Positions 49,419-58,938 of a stretch of 64,000 bases of DNA are shown in pieces. The translations under genes were made by a program, and so were the position numbers. The notes beneath the pieces are model-generated. The model was not told the origin of the DNA. It was given only the letters and a program-made list of their open reading frames with translations, and did not search any database. Source of the stretch: an uncultured Lachnospiraceae bacterium. Lineage in GTDB: Bacteria; Bacillota; Clostridia; Lachnospirales; Lachnospiraceae. The DNA lies in contig CANRGB010000001.1 of NCBI GenBank assembly GCA_947630005.1, positions 5,119 through 69,118 on the forward strand, given 5' to 3'. Positions within the stretch are counted from its first letter, which is position 1. Each line of letters starts with the position of its first letter.

Positions 49419-50315
49419 TCACCGTCCGATTATTTTGTCAAGATCCTTCGGAATATTTTTCACGCAGGTGATCGCCACGGCACCGGGTCCGATATGACAC
49501 GATACGCTCAGAGAAAGCGGTTCCGGAATCATTTCCTGATTCGGATATTTTCCCCGCAGCTCGTCTCTCCACGAATTGATCTCCGTCAGATCCGTACCGG
49601 AATAAACCAGAGAGAGCGTCACGTCGCTCAGATCCGGGGCCGCGTGAAATCTCTCGCGGCAGTCTTTCTCCACAGCCTCGAGCATCGTCGCCTTCGCCGC
49701 TTTTAACGTCCTGCTCTTTGCGTAGGCGTCCAGCTTGTCTCCCTGAATCTGGAGCACCGGCTTGAGGCGCAGCAGCGTGCCCAGCGCGGCGGCCGCCGGC
49801 GTGATCCTCCCGCCTTTTTTCAGATAATACAAGGTATCGAGCGTGATATAGATTGTGGAGTCATACTGTGTATCCTCCAGATATTTTTTGATCTCCGGCG
49901 CGCTCCATCCCGCGTCCGCGAGCGTCTTCGCGTCTTTTACCGCAAGTTTCTGTGTCGCCGAGATCCTGCGGTTGTTCACCACCTGGACCTTTCCCTCGTA
50001 GTCCTGCGCCAGCATAATGGCCGTCTCGCACGAGCCTGAAAGCCCGCTGGACATCGGAATATGCACAACGGAGTCATACGTTTTAAGGAGTTCATCCCAC
50101 AGATCCGTCACATCACTCACCGCCGGCATGGAGGTCGAGATCTCCGCCTTATTCTTCAGATGTTCATAAAACTCCGGCTGGGTCAGCGTTAAATCCTCCA
50201 GATACAGTTTCCCGTCAATGTAAAACGGCATCGGCAGAACATAAACTCCCCATTCTTTGGCCACCTGCTTTGTAATCCCGCTGTTGCTGTCTGTCACGAC
50301 CGCGATCTTTCCCAT
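49419..50315 (-). CDS. DegV/FakB fatty-acid-binding protein
   Basis: IAVVTDS, STSMP, SSGLSGS, LKKGGRI, HIGPG. Confidence 0.94.
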   Translation of the reverse strand: MGKIAVVTDSNSGITKQVAKEWGVYVLPMPFYIDGKLYLEDLTLTQPEFYEHLKNKAEISTSMPAVSDVTDLWDELLKTYDSVVHIPMSSGLSGSCETAIMLAQDYEGKVQVVNNRRISATQKLAVKDAKTLADAGWSAPEIKKYLEDTQYDSTIYITLDTLYYLKKGGRITPAAAALGTLLRLKPVLQIQGDKLDAYAKSRTLKAAKATMLEAVEKDCRERFHAAPDLSDVTLSLVYSGTDLTEINSWRDELRGKYPNQEMIPEPLSLSVSCHIGPGAVAITCVKNIPKDLDKIIGR

Positions 50316-50519
50316 GCTTATTCCTCCTGCATTCTAATCTCTGTCCTTGTCCAAATATGCAGAAGCGAGCCCCCTCCCTCTCCGGTACGTCCTACAGATT
50401 TGATACAATCGAAAGCTACTATAACACATATCCTCAAATGCCGCAATATTTCCTCTTGCCTTTCTTTTCGTTTATCGCTATACTAAACGGTAAGAAGACT
50501 GACAGAGGAGCATATTTTT

Positions 50520-50900
50520 ATGGAAATACTTGAGATTTTTCTGCATTCGCTTATCAATCTGGCTATCCTGCTGTTTGAATACATAGGTGTCCTCATCATC
50601 GCCTTCTCCGGCATACAGGGGATCGTCAATTATCTGCGCGGGAATCCCGAGACCCGCCTGATCCTCGCAAAGGGACTGGCTATGGGACTTGAATTTAAAC
50701 TTGGCGGCGAGATTCTGCGTACGGTCATTGTCAACAGTCTCGGGGAGATCGCGATCGTGGCCGGCATTATTATCCTGCGGGCAACGCTGACCGTTTTGAT
50801 TCACTGGGAAATCAAAAATGAGCAGCACGAAAAGATGGAAAATCCGGAAAGAAAGGAAGATCCGGCGCAGCCGGACGGATCTGAACCCCCGGCGGAATAA
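50520..50900 (+). CDS. DUF1622 membrane protein
   Basis: RLILAKGLAMGLEFKLGGEILRTV...IILR. Confidence 0.85.
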   Translation: MEILEIFLHSLINLAILLFEYIGVLIIAFSGIQGIVNYLRGNPETRLILAKGLAMGLEFKLGGEILRTVIVNSLGEIAIVAGIIILRATLTVLIHWEIKNEQHEKMENPERKEDPAQPDGSEPPAE

Positions 50901-50913
50901 AGGATGCCAAAAA

Positions 50914-51004
50914 ATCGAGCAGGGGCGGTTTTTCCCTCTGCTCGCCGCGCGGCCCGTATGCTGCGTCAGCAGCTGACTTCCTTACACGGGCCTGCGCATA
51001 AAAA
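50914..51004 (+). repeat. Interspersed structured repeat, copy C
   Basis: ATCGAGCAGGGG..CCCTCTGCTCG..GCGCGGCCCGTATGCTGCGTCAGCAGCTGACTTCCTTACACGGGCCTGCGCATAAAA. Confidence 0.85.
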
Positions 51005-51163
51005 CAGAACAGCCATGCGGAGAAATTTTTAAAATCTCTCTGCATGGCTGTTCTTATCTGTCACAGAAAGCAGGCTCCCTGCCTTTGCTGCAGCAATTAA
51101 TTTCATGCGGCCCGCGCAGTCCTTTATGATAAACGGCAGACGCCTCTGCTGTCTGCCCTAATT

Positions 51164-51700
51164 TCATACCCCAATCAGTCCTGCCAGCTTTACACTCGCC
51201 GCAAGCCCCGCCAGCGTCGCCAGCAAGGCTCCGGCAAGTGTATATCTCGTTTTCTTAATTTCGACAGTCATAAAGTAAACGCTTATGGTGTAAAAAACCG
51301 TCTCGGTACTACTCATCATCAGCGAACTAATCAACCCGACTCTCGAATCTGTACCATATTCCTTATACAGATCAAGCAGCAGTCCTGTAGCTGCACTTGA
51401 TGAAAACATGCGGATCATCGATAGCGGAATCAGCACCGGCGGGAAAATATCCTTAATCTGCCATACCGCCTGCGATAACAGGGAAGCAAGAAAATCCAGA
51501 AATCCGGAAGCCCGCAGGATACCTGTCGCTGTCATCAGCCCGATCAATGCCGGAGCAATCTTCGCGACTGTCCGGATACCGTCTTTCGCGCCGGCGACAA
51601 AACTGTCATAGACCGAGACTTTCATCATGAGTCCATATCCTACAATATAAAAGATCATGAATGGTATTATGTATTGGGACAAATAAATAATAAACTGCAT
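51164..51700 (-). CDS. spmB: Spore maturation protein B (nucleoside-recognition Gate domain)
   Basis: VYDSFVAGAKDG, LRASG, SSTETVFYT..VYF....IKKTRY. Confidence 0.88.
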   Translation of the reverse strand: MQFIIYLSQYIIPFMIFYIVGYGLMMKVSVYDSFVAGAKDGIRTVAKIAPALIGLMTATGILRASGFLDFLASLLSQAVWQIKDIFPPVLIPLSMIRMFSSSAATGLLLDLYKEYGTDSRVGLISSLMMSSTETVFYTISVYFMTVEIKKTRYTLAGALLATLAGLAASVKLAGLIGV

Positions 51701-51766
51701 CCAGATAACCCTCCTGCTCTCTTAATTACAGTTTATTTCCTATTTCCCCAATTCAGAACTTGTTTA

Positions 51767-52147
51767 TTACTCTGCGAATCTGTATTGCGTAATCAGGGTT
51801 TCAAGTTCCTGAATAAAGCTCTCTTTCATTTTAATCTCTGAATTAACCAGAATATTTTTCACCATACTTAACGCTAATCTGTTCTCGTTAAAATCACCGA
51901 GCTCTCTGGCAATGCATTCTTCCCTCGTCATTGCGGCCTTATAAGCCCGTGCCAGCACCGTCTTTGTCTGAACAATTTCCGCTACATAGATGTATCCTGC
52001 CTTGTGCAGATTCTTCAGAACAATGTTGGTCGTGTTCTTATTCAATGAAGGCTTTTTTTCAATAATGCCGGAAATCGAAAGCGGTTCATCGTTTTCCCAA
52101 AATACTTCCATAACTTCAAGTTCTTTTTTCGAGGACAGCAACTCCAT
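51767..52147 (-). CDS. BlaI/MecI/CopY-family repressor
   Basis: LSSKKELEVMEVFW, NTT..VLKNLHKAGYI, ARAYKA..TREE. Confidence 0.85.
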   Translation of the reverse strand: MELLSSKKELEVMEVFWENDEPLSISGIIEKKPSLNKNTTNIVLKNLHKAGYIYVAEIVQTKTVLARAYKAAMTREECIARELGDFNENRLALSMVKNILVNSEIKMKESFIQELETLITQYRFAE

Positions 52148-52284
52148 CCTTCTCCCCCCTTTCTCCTGGTATTTTTTTTATTATAACCTTTAAAGCAAAG
52201 ATATGACAAGTGTAAACATATGAAACTACGAATATTAATTTCTTATTACTATTATAATTAGTATGTTGTACGAGCGGGCCTGTG

Positions 52285-52375
52285 ATCGAACAGGAGGCGG
52301 TTTCCCTCCTGTTCGCCCGCGCGGACCGCATGCTGCTTCAGCAGCTGATTTCCATATGCGGGCCTGTGCATAAAA
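52285..52375 (+). repeat. Interspersed structured repeat, copy D
   Basis: ATCGAACAGGAGG..CCTCCTGTTCG..GCGCGGACCGCATGCTGCTTCAGCAGCTGATTTCCATATGCGGGCCTGTGCATAAAA. Confidence 0.85.
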
Positions 52376-52501
52376 AGCTGCCATGCTCTATTCTGGCATG
52401 GCAGCCTCTTTTTTATCTTAGTTCCTGTAAGATCAGCCATATCTGCCAAGGGTTTCCCCGGTACAGCTATTTTTATTCTATTTTTGACTTATGCTTCACG
52501 T

Positions 52502-55500
52502 TTATTTTCTGGCCCTGCGGCGTCTTCTGCCGCCCATGAGGAAGGCTGTTCCTGATACGAGCATCAGTGCAAGGTACTCCGCCCACGGGGTCTCATCCCC
52601 GGTCTGCACGGAACTGGATCCTGTCCCTGTCGTGTCCGAACCGGAACTGGCCGTCCCGCTCGACGCCGATCCGTTCTCAGAAATATAATCCGAGTAGGAT
52701 CCGCCGCCGCCGACATTATTTTCACCGGACGAATAAATATCATTCCAGTCGTCCTCCGTCGCCGTCCCCGCGATCGTATTCAGTATAATCGACTGCACCT
52801 CCGTAGTTTCCTGCGTAAAATGCGCGGTCGAATTGATAACCCTCGTGTCATAGCCGAACGAAGATCCGCTCTGCACGACCCTTCCGTTCGCGTCAACCTC
52901 CGCCACATAGATCGTGGCCTCCGAGGCGGATCCAAGATTCAGCGACAGCTTCAGCGTAACGGAATTGTTGTTCTGTATGTTCAGCGGTACCGGATCCGCG
53001 TACAGCGTTGTGAACTGCGGATCACGGAACAGTCCCGCGTAGAACGTCGCGTTCACATTCTGCAGGGTCGAACCTCTGTATACCCTCTTCGTCAGATAGA
53101 GCGTCACTTTCGAGATCCTGTCCTTGTTTGTCACAACCACCTTCTCATCGGCGCTCTTCGTCAGCGTCACCTGCGTTTTGTCGATCGACGGCGTGTACTT
53201 GAAATCAGCCGAGCTCTCCACCCGTTTTCCGTTTGCGTCAACCTCCGCGAAGTAATAAGTCACATCGCTGGAGCCGGAGAGAAGGATTCTCCTCGTCACC
53301 GACGCCGAAGCGGCATTGTTCAGATCAAGCCGCACAACCGTCGGCGTATCGCTGTAATCGGAGTTGCGGTATATTCCGACATAGAAGCTCTCCGACACCG
53401 CCTTGGCGGCATTCGAGGAATCCACCACCTGCTTCTCGATCGTAAGCCGTGCCGAATAGCGGAATCCATCCGGGAGAGCCGCGTAATTCTCACTTGCGAC
53501 CGCCTGCGCGTTTGCGCTGGCCGCCGTCACCCTTCCGCCGTCCGCGTAGGAGATCGTCCTCGTTTCGTTGGAAGTTCTCACCCTTCCGTACTGATCCGTT
53601 TCAGCGACATAGTAGGTCCTGCCTTCCTCCAGATTCTCGAACGTCGTCGTGCCGGTAAATCCGGAGATCGTCACGGACTGTACGTTCGTCGCCTTCTGTG
53701 TATGCGCGCTGTCCAGGAACAGGGCGATGTACCGCGTGTATGTTCCGGCCGCCGCGTACTGTCCGGACGACGTATCCTGCGCATACAGCTGGTCGCTGCC
53801 CGCGTAGACCTGCACGCCGACCGTCACCTTGCCGCTACCCCGCGCCACGCTGTTCACCAGCACCGCGTCGGTTGTCAACCCTGGCACTACATTGAACTGC
53901 ACATCTGGTACCGGCATATAACCTGCCGGCGCTTTTATCTCAGACAAATAGTAAACCCCTGCCATATAAGAGCCTTTTTCTTGCGGGATATTTATGATTG
54001 TATCTTCACTTTTTGACTCGAATATACTCGTTTTAGAGAACGATAGAGGATTTCCATCGGCGTTCTTAATCGCAAATTTTGCCCCCGGAAGATGCCTGCC
54101 GGCGCTATCGACAACTCTTATCCTTATCACAGAACTTCCAAGAATATTCGTCAGGGTAAGTTTCGCTTCTTTCCCATAGGTCACAGTCAGTCTGCCGTTT
54201 GCATTCTCTTCACCATAAGTACTCTTGTCATAAGTATACGTTCCGTTCCCCAGTGTTTCAACCGGAGTTCCGTCGGCGTTTGTCTCCGCCGCGAAATAAA
54301 CGGTCTCCGCGGACGTTACCTTTACTTCGCCGGTCGTCACGGTCCCCGTACTTGCATTATTCAGAGCGATCACCGGCAGCGTCTCCACAAGCATCTTGTG
54401 GGCCGTGTCTTTGAACAGAGAGATATAGAACTCATCTGTCACAGCCTGGGCATTTCCGATTTTATCCTGTACGTTTTTCGTGACGCTGACCGTCGCCTCG
54501 TAGCTGAACAGGTTGTCCGGATAAACGCTTGTGTACTTGCGGTGAAGCACCGCCGTCTGGTTCCCTCCGCTTTCCGCCGTGTACGCGATTGACGACAGAG
54601 CCTTCCCCGACGTATCCTCGACGACTCCTCTATAATCCGTACCTGTCACGGGAACTCCAAGCTCATCCGTCTCAGCCAGATAGAAGGGGCCTCTCCCCGG
54701 AACATGGAGCGTCGCGCTGGCGGAAGCCGTACTTCCGCTTGTCTGCGTCAGCTTCTGAACTCCGGTTATCCTCTGCGTCAGTTCTTCGTCCGAGAACAGC
54801 GCCGCGAAAAACTCCATATCTTTTTCCGCTGTCAGAAGCGTCGTCTTATAGCTGGTCTGCGCCGTCAAATGAAGCGTGTTCGCGTTCTGTACGTTGGCTC
54901 TACTATTGATGATCTGAACCAGCTTTCCTTCCGTGTCCTCAGCCGCTATCACGATCTCCTGATCCTGCGCGGGCAGATAACCATTTTTCGCCGTGAGCTG
55001 AGACAGCCAGTAGGTTCCCTCCGGAAGCGTCACAGCCGCTCTTCCGGTCGATGTGCCGGGAATCACCATGAAGTAAACGGGCCGGCCGGCCGCGTCCGTT
55101 ATCACATTCTTGTCCGCATCCTTGATCACAAAGGTCGTCTCTGACGGCGCCTCGACTACAAGCATCCCTTTCGGAAGAGACTCGCCGTCTGAAAGCTGAT
55201 ATACAAAATAATTCAGATTCGTGACATGCTGTTCCTGACTCTGCCCGACCAGTACATTCCCCTGCCTGCTGATGCGGAAATATACCCGCGCGCCCGGCAG
55301 ATACTCTGTCTGAGGAGCGTCCGCCTCCATCTCCACATAATAGCTTCCGCTGTTCGTGAGGTGGGATCCGACCGCCTCTCCCTCCGCGGTACTTTCAAAC
55401 GTCCAGACCGGCGCGTCCTTTTTGTGAACCACCTCTCCTGTGCTGCTTGTTATGTCCTCCGCCGCCTTCAGCGACATCCGGATCCCGGCCACAGAAGTGT

Positions 55501-57079
55501 TGTTCTCGGCGGCGCTGCCGTTCCGAACATGTATCGTCAGATCAACATTGCTTACCAAATCAGCCTGAAGCGCTTCGTTCTCGTCGATCAGATCAAGTTC
55601 CGTCTCCTCTTCTGTTTCTTCTTCGGTGTCCTCTTCCGTGAGGAATTCCGTCTCTTCCTCGGTGTCTTCTTCCGTAAGGAACTCCGTCTCGGACTCTCTG
55701 CCGTTCTCCTCCGTTTCGGATTCCGTCTGCGTCTCCCCGCTCAGTTCGGTTTCCTCCGCTCCCTCCGCCAGGACCGCCTTTTCAAGAGAAACTCCGGCGG
55801 AAACATTTACCGTATTCGCGTATACAGCTCCGCAGAGGCCGGAGGTGACATTTACCGAGGCCATCGGCGCGAGCCAGGTTCCCGTCAGTCCGGCGCCGCT
55901 GGAAAGAGTCACCGTCCCTGTATAATCTATAAACTTTATCTTATTTTCATTAACATATTCAAAAGCGGAGAAGTTGTAGAGAACTTTTTCCGCGTCGTAA
56001 ATATCATATCCGGAAAAGCTCAGGCTCTGATTCGCCGAGGAAGCGACGACATTCACCACAACCAGCTCGTCTTCCACATTCGGGAGCTTTACGGCGAGCG
56101 CTTCCTGCAGCTTCTGATCGTCAATCTCTCCGTCTTCACTCACATAGAGATTGACCACCTTCACCGTTCTTGTACCCCTGCCGTTGGCAAGTTCGATCGA
56201 GAAACTCTCCAGCATGCCCAGAATATCCGCCGCGTCCGCCCCGGACAGGATATCCGCCGTCATTCCTTCCGCCGCGTCACCGGTATCTTCCGAACCGGGC
56301 GCCGCCTCCGAAAAACCGTTCTCCATGCCGGTTCCGCTCTCAGGCTCCGCTTCTTCCGCTTCGCCGGATTCGAGACCCGTCACCTGATTGGCTACGATCA
56401 GATACGGAAGCGCGTCAATCAGACCGTCCTTTACAACAGACAGCCTTATCCTTGTGCCGTCGTTCTGGCGGTCCTTTACTTCCGTCTGCGCTTCGGTCTC
56501 GGTCTCCGACTCGGACTCCGTCGGGAACTCGGGAACAGGAGGCGCCGGGGAATCCGATTCATCCGGCCTCTCTTCCTCCGTCTCCGCGGGCTTCTGCGTC
56601 GCCGGTTCCGTCTGTTCCGTCTCTGTCGGCGCCTGTGTTACAGGCTCCGTCTGCTCCGTCTCTGTCGGTGCCTGCGTCGCCGGTTCCGTCTGTTCCGTCT
56701 CCGTCGGCGCCTGTGTTACCGGCTCCGTCTGCGGCGGCTCCGTGGGTGCCTGCGTCACGGGCTCCGTCTGTTCTGTCTCCGTCGGCGCCTGCGTCGCCGG
56801 CTCTGTCTGCGGCGGCTCTGTCGGCGCCTGCGTCACCGGCTCCGTCTGCGGCGGCTCCGTGGGCGCCTGCGTCGCCGGCTCCGTCTGCGGCGCTTCCGTG
56901 GCGGGCGCCTGCGTCGCCGGTTCCGTCTGCGGCGGTTGCGTCTCCGCCGGAGGCTGCGTCATGGCTTCTGTCGAGGTCTCCGACATATTTTCCACGGCCG
57001 TCACAACAGTTCTCCCCTGTTGGACTACCAGTACGGTAATCAGCAGCATTGCAATTAATTTTCTGATTCTACCCTGCAA
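52502..57079 (-). CDS. Large sortase-anchored surface protein (adhesin-like) with repeated Ig/SpaA-like domains
   Basis: Signal peptide; 13-aa TQAPTEPPQTEPV repeats; E-box-like YYLSEIKAPAGY; repeated FY..LF.D...Y.AE.D..G domains; VQTGD + TM + RRRRRARK sorting signal. Confidence 0.88.
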   Translation of the reverse strand: MQGRIRKLIAMLLITVLVVQQGRTVVTAVENMSETSTEAMTQPPAETQPPQTEPATQAPATEAPQTEPATQAPTEPPQTEPVTQAPTEPPQTEPATQAPTETEQTEPVTQAPTEPPQTEPVTQAPTETEQTEPATQAPTETEQTEPVTQAPTETEQTEPATQKPAETEEERPDESDSPAPPVPEFPTESESETETEAQTEVKDRQNDGTRIRLSVVKDGLIDALPYLIVANQVTGLESGEAEEAEPESGTGMENGFSEAAPGSEDTGDAAEGMTADILSGADAADILGMLESFSIELANGRGTRTVKVVNLYVSEDGEIDDQKLQEALAVKLPNVEDELVVVNVVASSANQSLSFSGYDIYDAEKVLYNFSAFEYVNENKIKFIDYTGTVTLSSGAGLTGTWLAPMASVNVTSGLCGAVYANTVNVSAGVSLEKAVLAEGAEETELSGETQTESETEENGRESETEFLTEEDTEEETEFLTEEDTEEETEEETELDLIDENEALQADLVSNVDLTIHVRNGSAAENNTSVAGIRMSLKAAEDITSSTGEVVHKKDAPVWTFESTAEGEAVGSHLTNSGSYYVEMEADAPQTEYLPGARVYFRISRQGNVLVGQSQEQHVTNLNYFVYQLSDGESLPKGMLVVEAPSETTFVIKDADKNVITDAAGRPVYFMVIPGTSTGRAAVTLPEGTYWLSQLTAKNGYLPAQDQEIVIAAEDTEGKLVQIINSRANVQNANTLHLTAQTSYKTTLLTAEKDMEFFAALFSDEELTQRITGVQKLTQTSGSTASASATLHVPGRGPFYLAETDELGVPVTGTDYRGVVEDTSGKALSSIAYTAESGGNQTAVLHRKYTSVYPDNLFSYEATVSVTKNVQDKIGNAQAVTDEFYISLFKDTAHKMLVETLPVIALNNASTGTVTTGEVKVTSAETVYFAAETNADGTPVETLGNGTYTYDKSTYGEENANGRLTVTYGKEAKLTLTNILGSSVIRIRVVDSAGRHLPGAKFAIKNADGNPLSFSKTSIFESKSEDTIINIPQEKGSYMAGVYYLSEIKAPAGYMPVPDVQFNVVPGLTTDAVLVNSVARGSGKVTVGVQVYAGSDQLYAQDTSSGQYAAAGTYTRYIALFLDSAHTQKATNVQSVTISGFTGTTTFENLEEGRTYYVAETDQYGRVRTSNETRTISYADGGRVTAASANAQAVASENYAALPDGFRYSARLTIEKQVVDSSNAAKAVSESFYVGIYRNSDYSDTPTVVRLDLNNAASASVTRRILLSGSSDVTYYFAEVDANGKRVESSADFKYTPSIDKTQVTLTKSADEKVVVTNKDRISKVTLYLTKRVYRGSTLQNVNATFYAGLFRDPQFTTLYADPVPLNIQNNNSVTLKLSLNLGSASEATIYVAEVDANGRVVQSGSSFGYDTRVINSTAHFTQETTEVQSIILNTIAGTATEDDWNDIYSSGENNVGGGGSYSDYISENGSASSGTASSGSDTTGTGSSSVQTGDETPWAEYLALMLVSGTAFLMGGRRRRRARK

Positions 57080-57238
57080 TATCTATCCCTCCCAATTTCT
57101 CAACAAAACGCCTCCAAACTCATTGTCCGGTATGCGTTTCCGTATTATCGTAATATTGAATCAACATACAGTATAATACTTTATGAGAAATTCGTAAACA
57201 AAAATATTCTTAAAATTTGTTTTATGACATACGGCTGT

Positions 57239-57868
57239 TTATTTTGTTCCGAAGATCCTGTCACCCGCGTCGCCCAGTCCGGGAACAATATACCCATGCT
57301 CATTCAGATGATCGTCGAGCGCTCCGATATAAAGATCGACATCCGGATGTTCTCTGCGCATCCTGTCCACTCCCTCCGGGGCGGCGATTATGCACAGAAA
57401 GCGGATGTTCTTCGCTCCTTTGTCCTTCAGCATCTGAACTGCCGCAGAAGACGAACCCCCGGTCGCCAGCATCGGATCGACCACAAACACTTCCCTCTCC
57501 TCGATATCCGCCGGAAGCTTACAGTAATATTCCACCGGATTCAGAGTCTGAGGATCGCGGTATAACCCGATATGGCCGACTTTTGCCGCGGGGATCATTG
57601 CGAGCATTCCGTCCACCATTCCAATGCCTGCTCTGAGGATCGGAACAACCGCCAGCTTCTTGCCGCTCAGCTCTTTCGCGGTCGTTTGGCAGATGGGCGT
57701 CTCGATCTCGACATCCCGGAGCTTCAGATCGCGGGTGGCCTCGTAACACATATACATGGCGATTTCCCCGATCAGAGCTCTGAAATCCTTCGAGCCGGTC
57801 TCTTTCCTTCTGATAATCCCGATTTTATGCTGGATCAGCGGATGATCCATGATTACGGCCTTCGACAT
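57239..57868 (-). CDS. upp: Uracil phosphoribosyltransferase
   Basis: [37 protein letters not shown]. Confidence 0.98.
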   Translation of the reverse strand: MSKAVIMDHPLIQHKIGIIRRKETGSKDFRALIGEIAMYMCYEATRDLKLRDVEIETPICQTTAKELSGKKLAVVPILRAGIGMVDGMLAMIPAAKVGHIGLYRDPQTLNPVEYYCKLPADIEEREVFVVDPMLATGGSSSAAVQMLKDKGAKNIRFLCIIAAPEGVDRMRREHPDVDLYIGALDDHLNEHGYIVPGLGDAGDRIFGTK

Positions 57869-58009
57869 AACAGTTATCCCTCCTCTTTCACTTTGTCCTG
57901 ATCCGCCGCGCCGCCGTTTGGGCAAAGCGCGGATTCAAATCGGTTCCGGACGGTCTGTCCCCGCCTCCGGGGCCGGGATTTCCTGCCGGAACCGCGGCTT
58001 CTTTATCTT

Positions 58010-58456
58010 TCAGTCCTGCGCCTCCGGATCCTCGTCGATCATGCGCACACGGCGCGCGTGGCGCTCCGCTCCGGAAAACGGCGTGTTCAGGAACGTCTCG
58101 ACGATCTTTACGCCAAGGCCCGGGCCGACCACTCTCGCTCCCATCGCGAGAATGTTCGCGTCGTTGTGAAGCCTCGTCGCCTCCGCGCTGAAGCAGTCTC
58201 CGCAGACAGCCGCGCGGATCCCTTTGTAGCGGTTCGCCGTGATCGAGATCCCGATGCCTGTCCCGCAGATCAGGATGCCCTTGTCACACGCACCCGACAG
58301 AATCTCCCTGACGACGGCCCGCGCGTAGATCGGATAGTCCACCGGATCCTCCGAATAGGTACCGCAGTTCTTATAGGCGATGCCTTTCTCATCAAGATAT
58401 TTGATAATCTCCTTCATCAGCGGAAAACCACCCTGATCACATCCTAAAGCTAACAT
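58010..58456 (-). CDS. rpiB: Ribose-5-phosphate isomerase B
   Basis: DYP, ICGTGIG, HNDAN, RHARRV. Confidence 0.93.
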   Translation of the reverse strand: MLALGCDQGGFPLMKEIIKYLDEKGIAYKNCGTYSEDPVDYPIYARAVVREILSGACDKGILICGTGIGISITANRYKGIRAAVCGDCFSAEATRLHNDANILAMGARVVGPGLGVKIVETFLNTPFSGAERHARRVRMIDEDPEAQD

Positions 58457-58917
58457 AACAGTTCCTCCTCATTTAATAATATTACAAGCCTTGAAATCAG
58501 GGCTTCTAACTCCGCAAAACATTTTCCATAGTCCGCAAGCGTCCCGCCGTATGGATCCGTCAGCTGCTGCGGCCTGTTTACAAATTCGTCCAGCACATAT
58601 ACCGGAAGGTCATCCGGAAGAGAAAATTCCTTGCGAAGCTTCTTGCAGGTATCGCTGCTGATGGCAAGCACCAGCGTCCTGTCGTTAAAATCCTCTCTCA
58701 CGAACGGCTCGCTCACATGGGTCTTCATCGTCAGGCCGTTGCTCACAAGCACCGCCTCCGCTTTCGGATTGATCGGCTCCGGGAACAGCACAACGATCCC
58801 CTTTGAGTCGATATCCAGTACATCCAGAAGATATTTGCTCTGCATGATCGCCTGTGCCATAGGTCCGACGGCGGTATCACTGTTCGTGGCAAAAATCAGT
58901 TTATCGTATCGCTTCAC
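58450..58917 (-). CDS. LMW protein-tyrosine/arginine phosphatase-like protein (YwlE position) with degenerate catalytic loop
   Basis: LIF.......PMAQAI, SKGI, TDPYGG...Y; lies between tsaC and rpiB. Confidence 0.82.
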   Translation of the reverse strand: MKRYDKLIFATNSDTAVGPMAQAIMQSKYLLDVLDIDSKGIVVLFPEPINPKAEAVLVSNGLTMKTHVSEPFVREDFNDRTLVLAISSDTCKKLRKEFSLPDDLPVYVLDEFVNRPQQLTDPYGGTLADYGKCFAELEALISRLVILLNEEELLC

Positions 58918-58938
58918 TTCGTTGACTCCTCTTACCTT

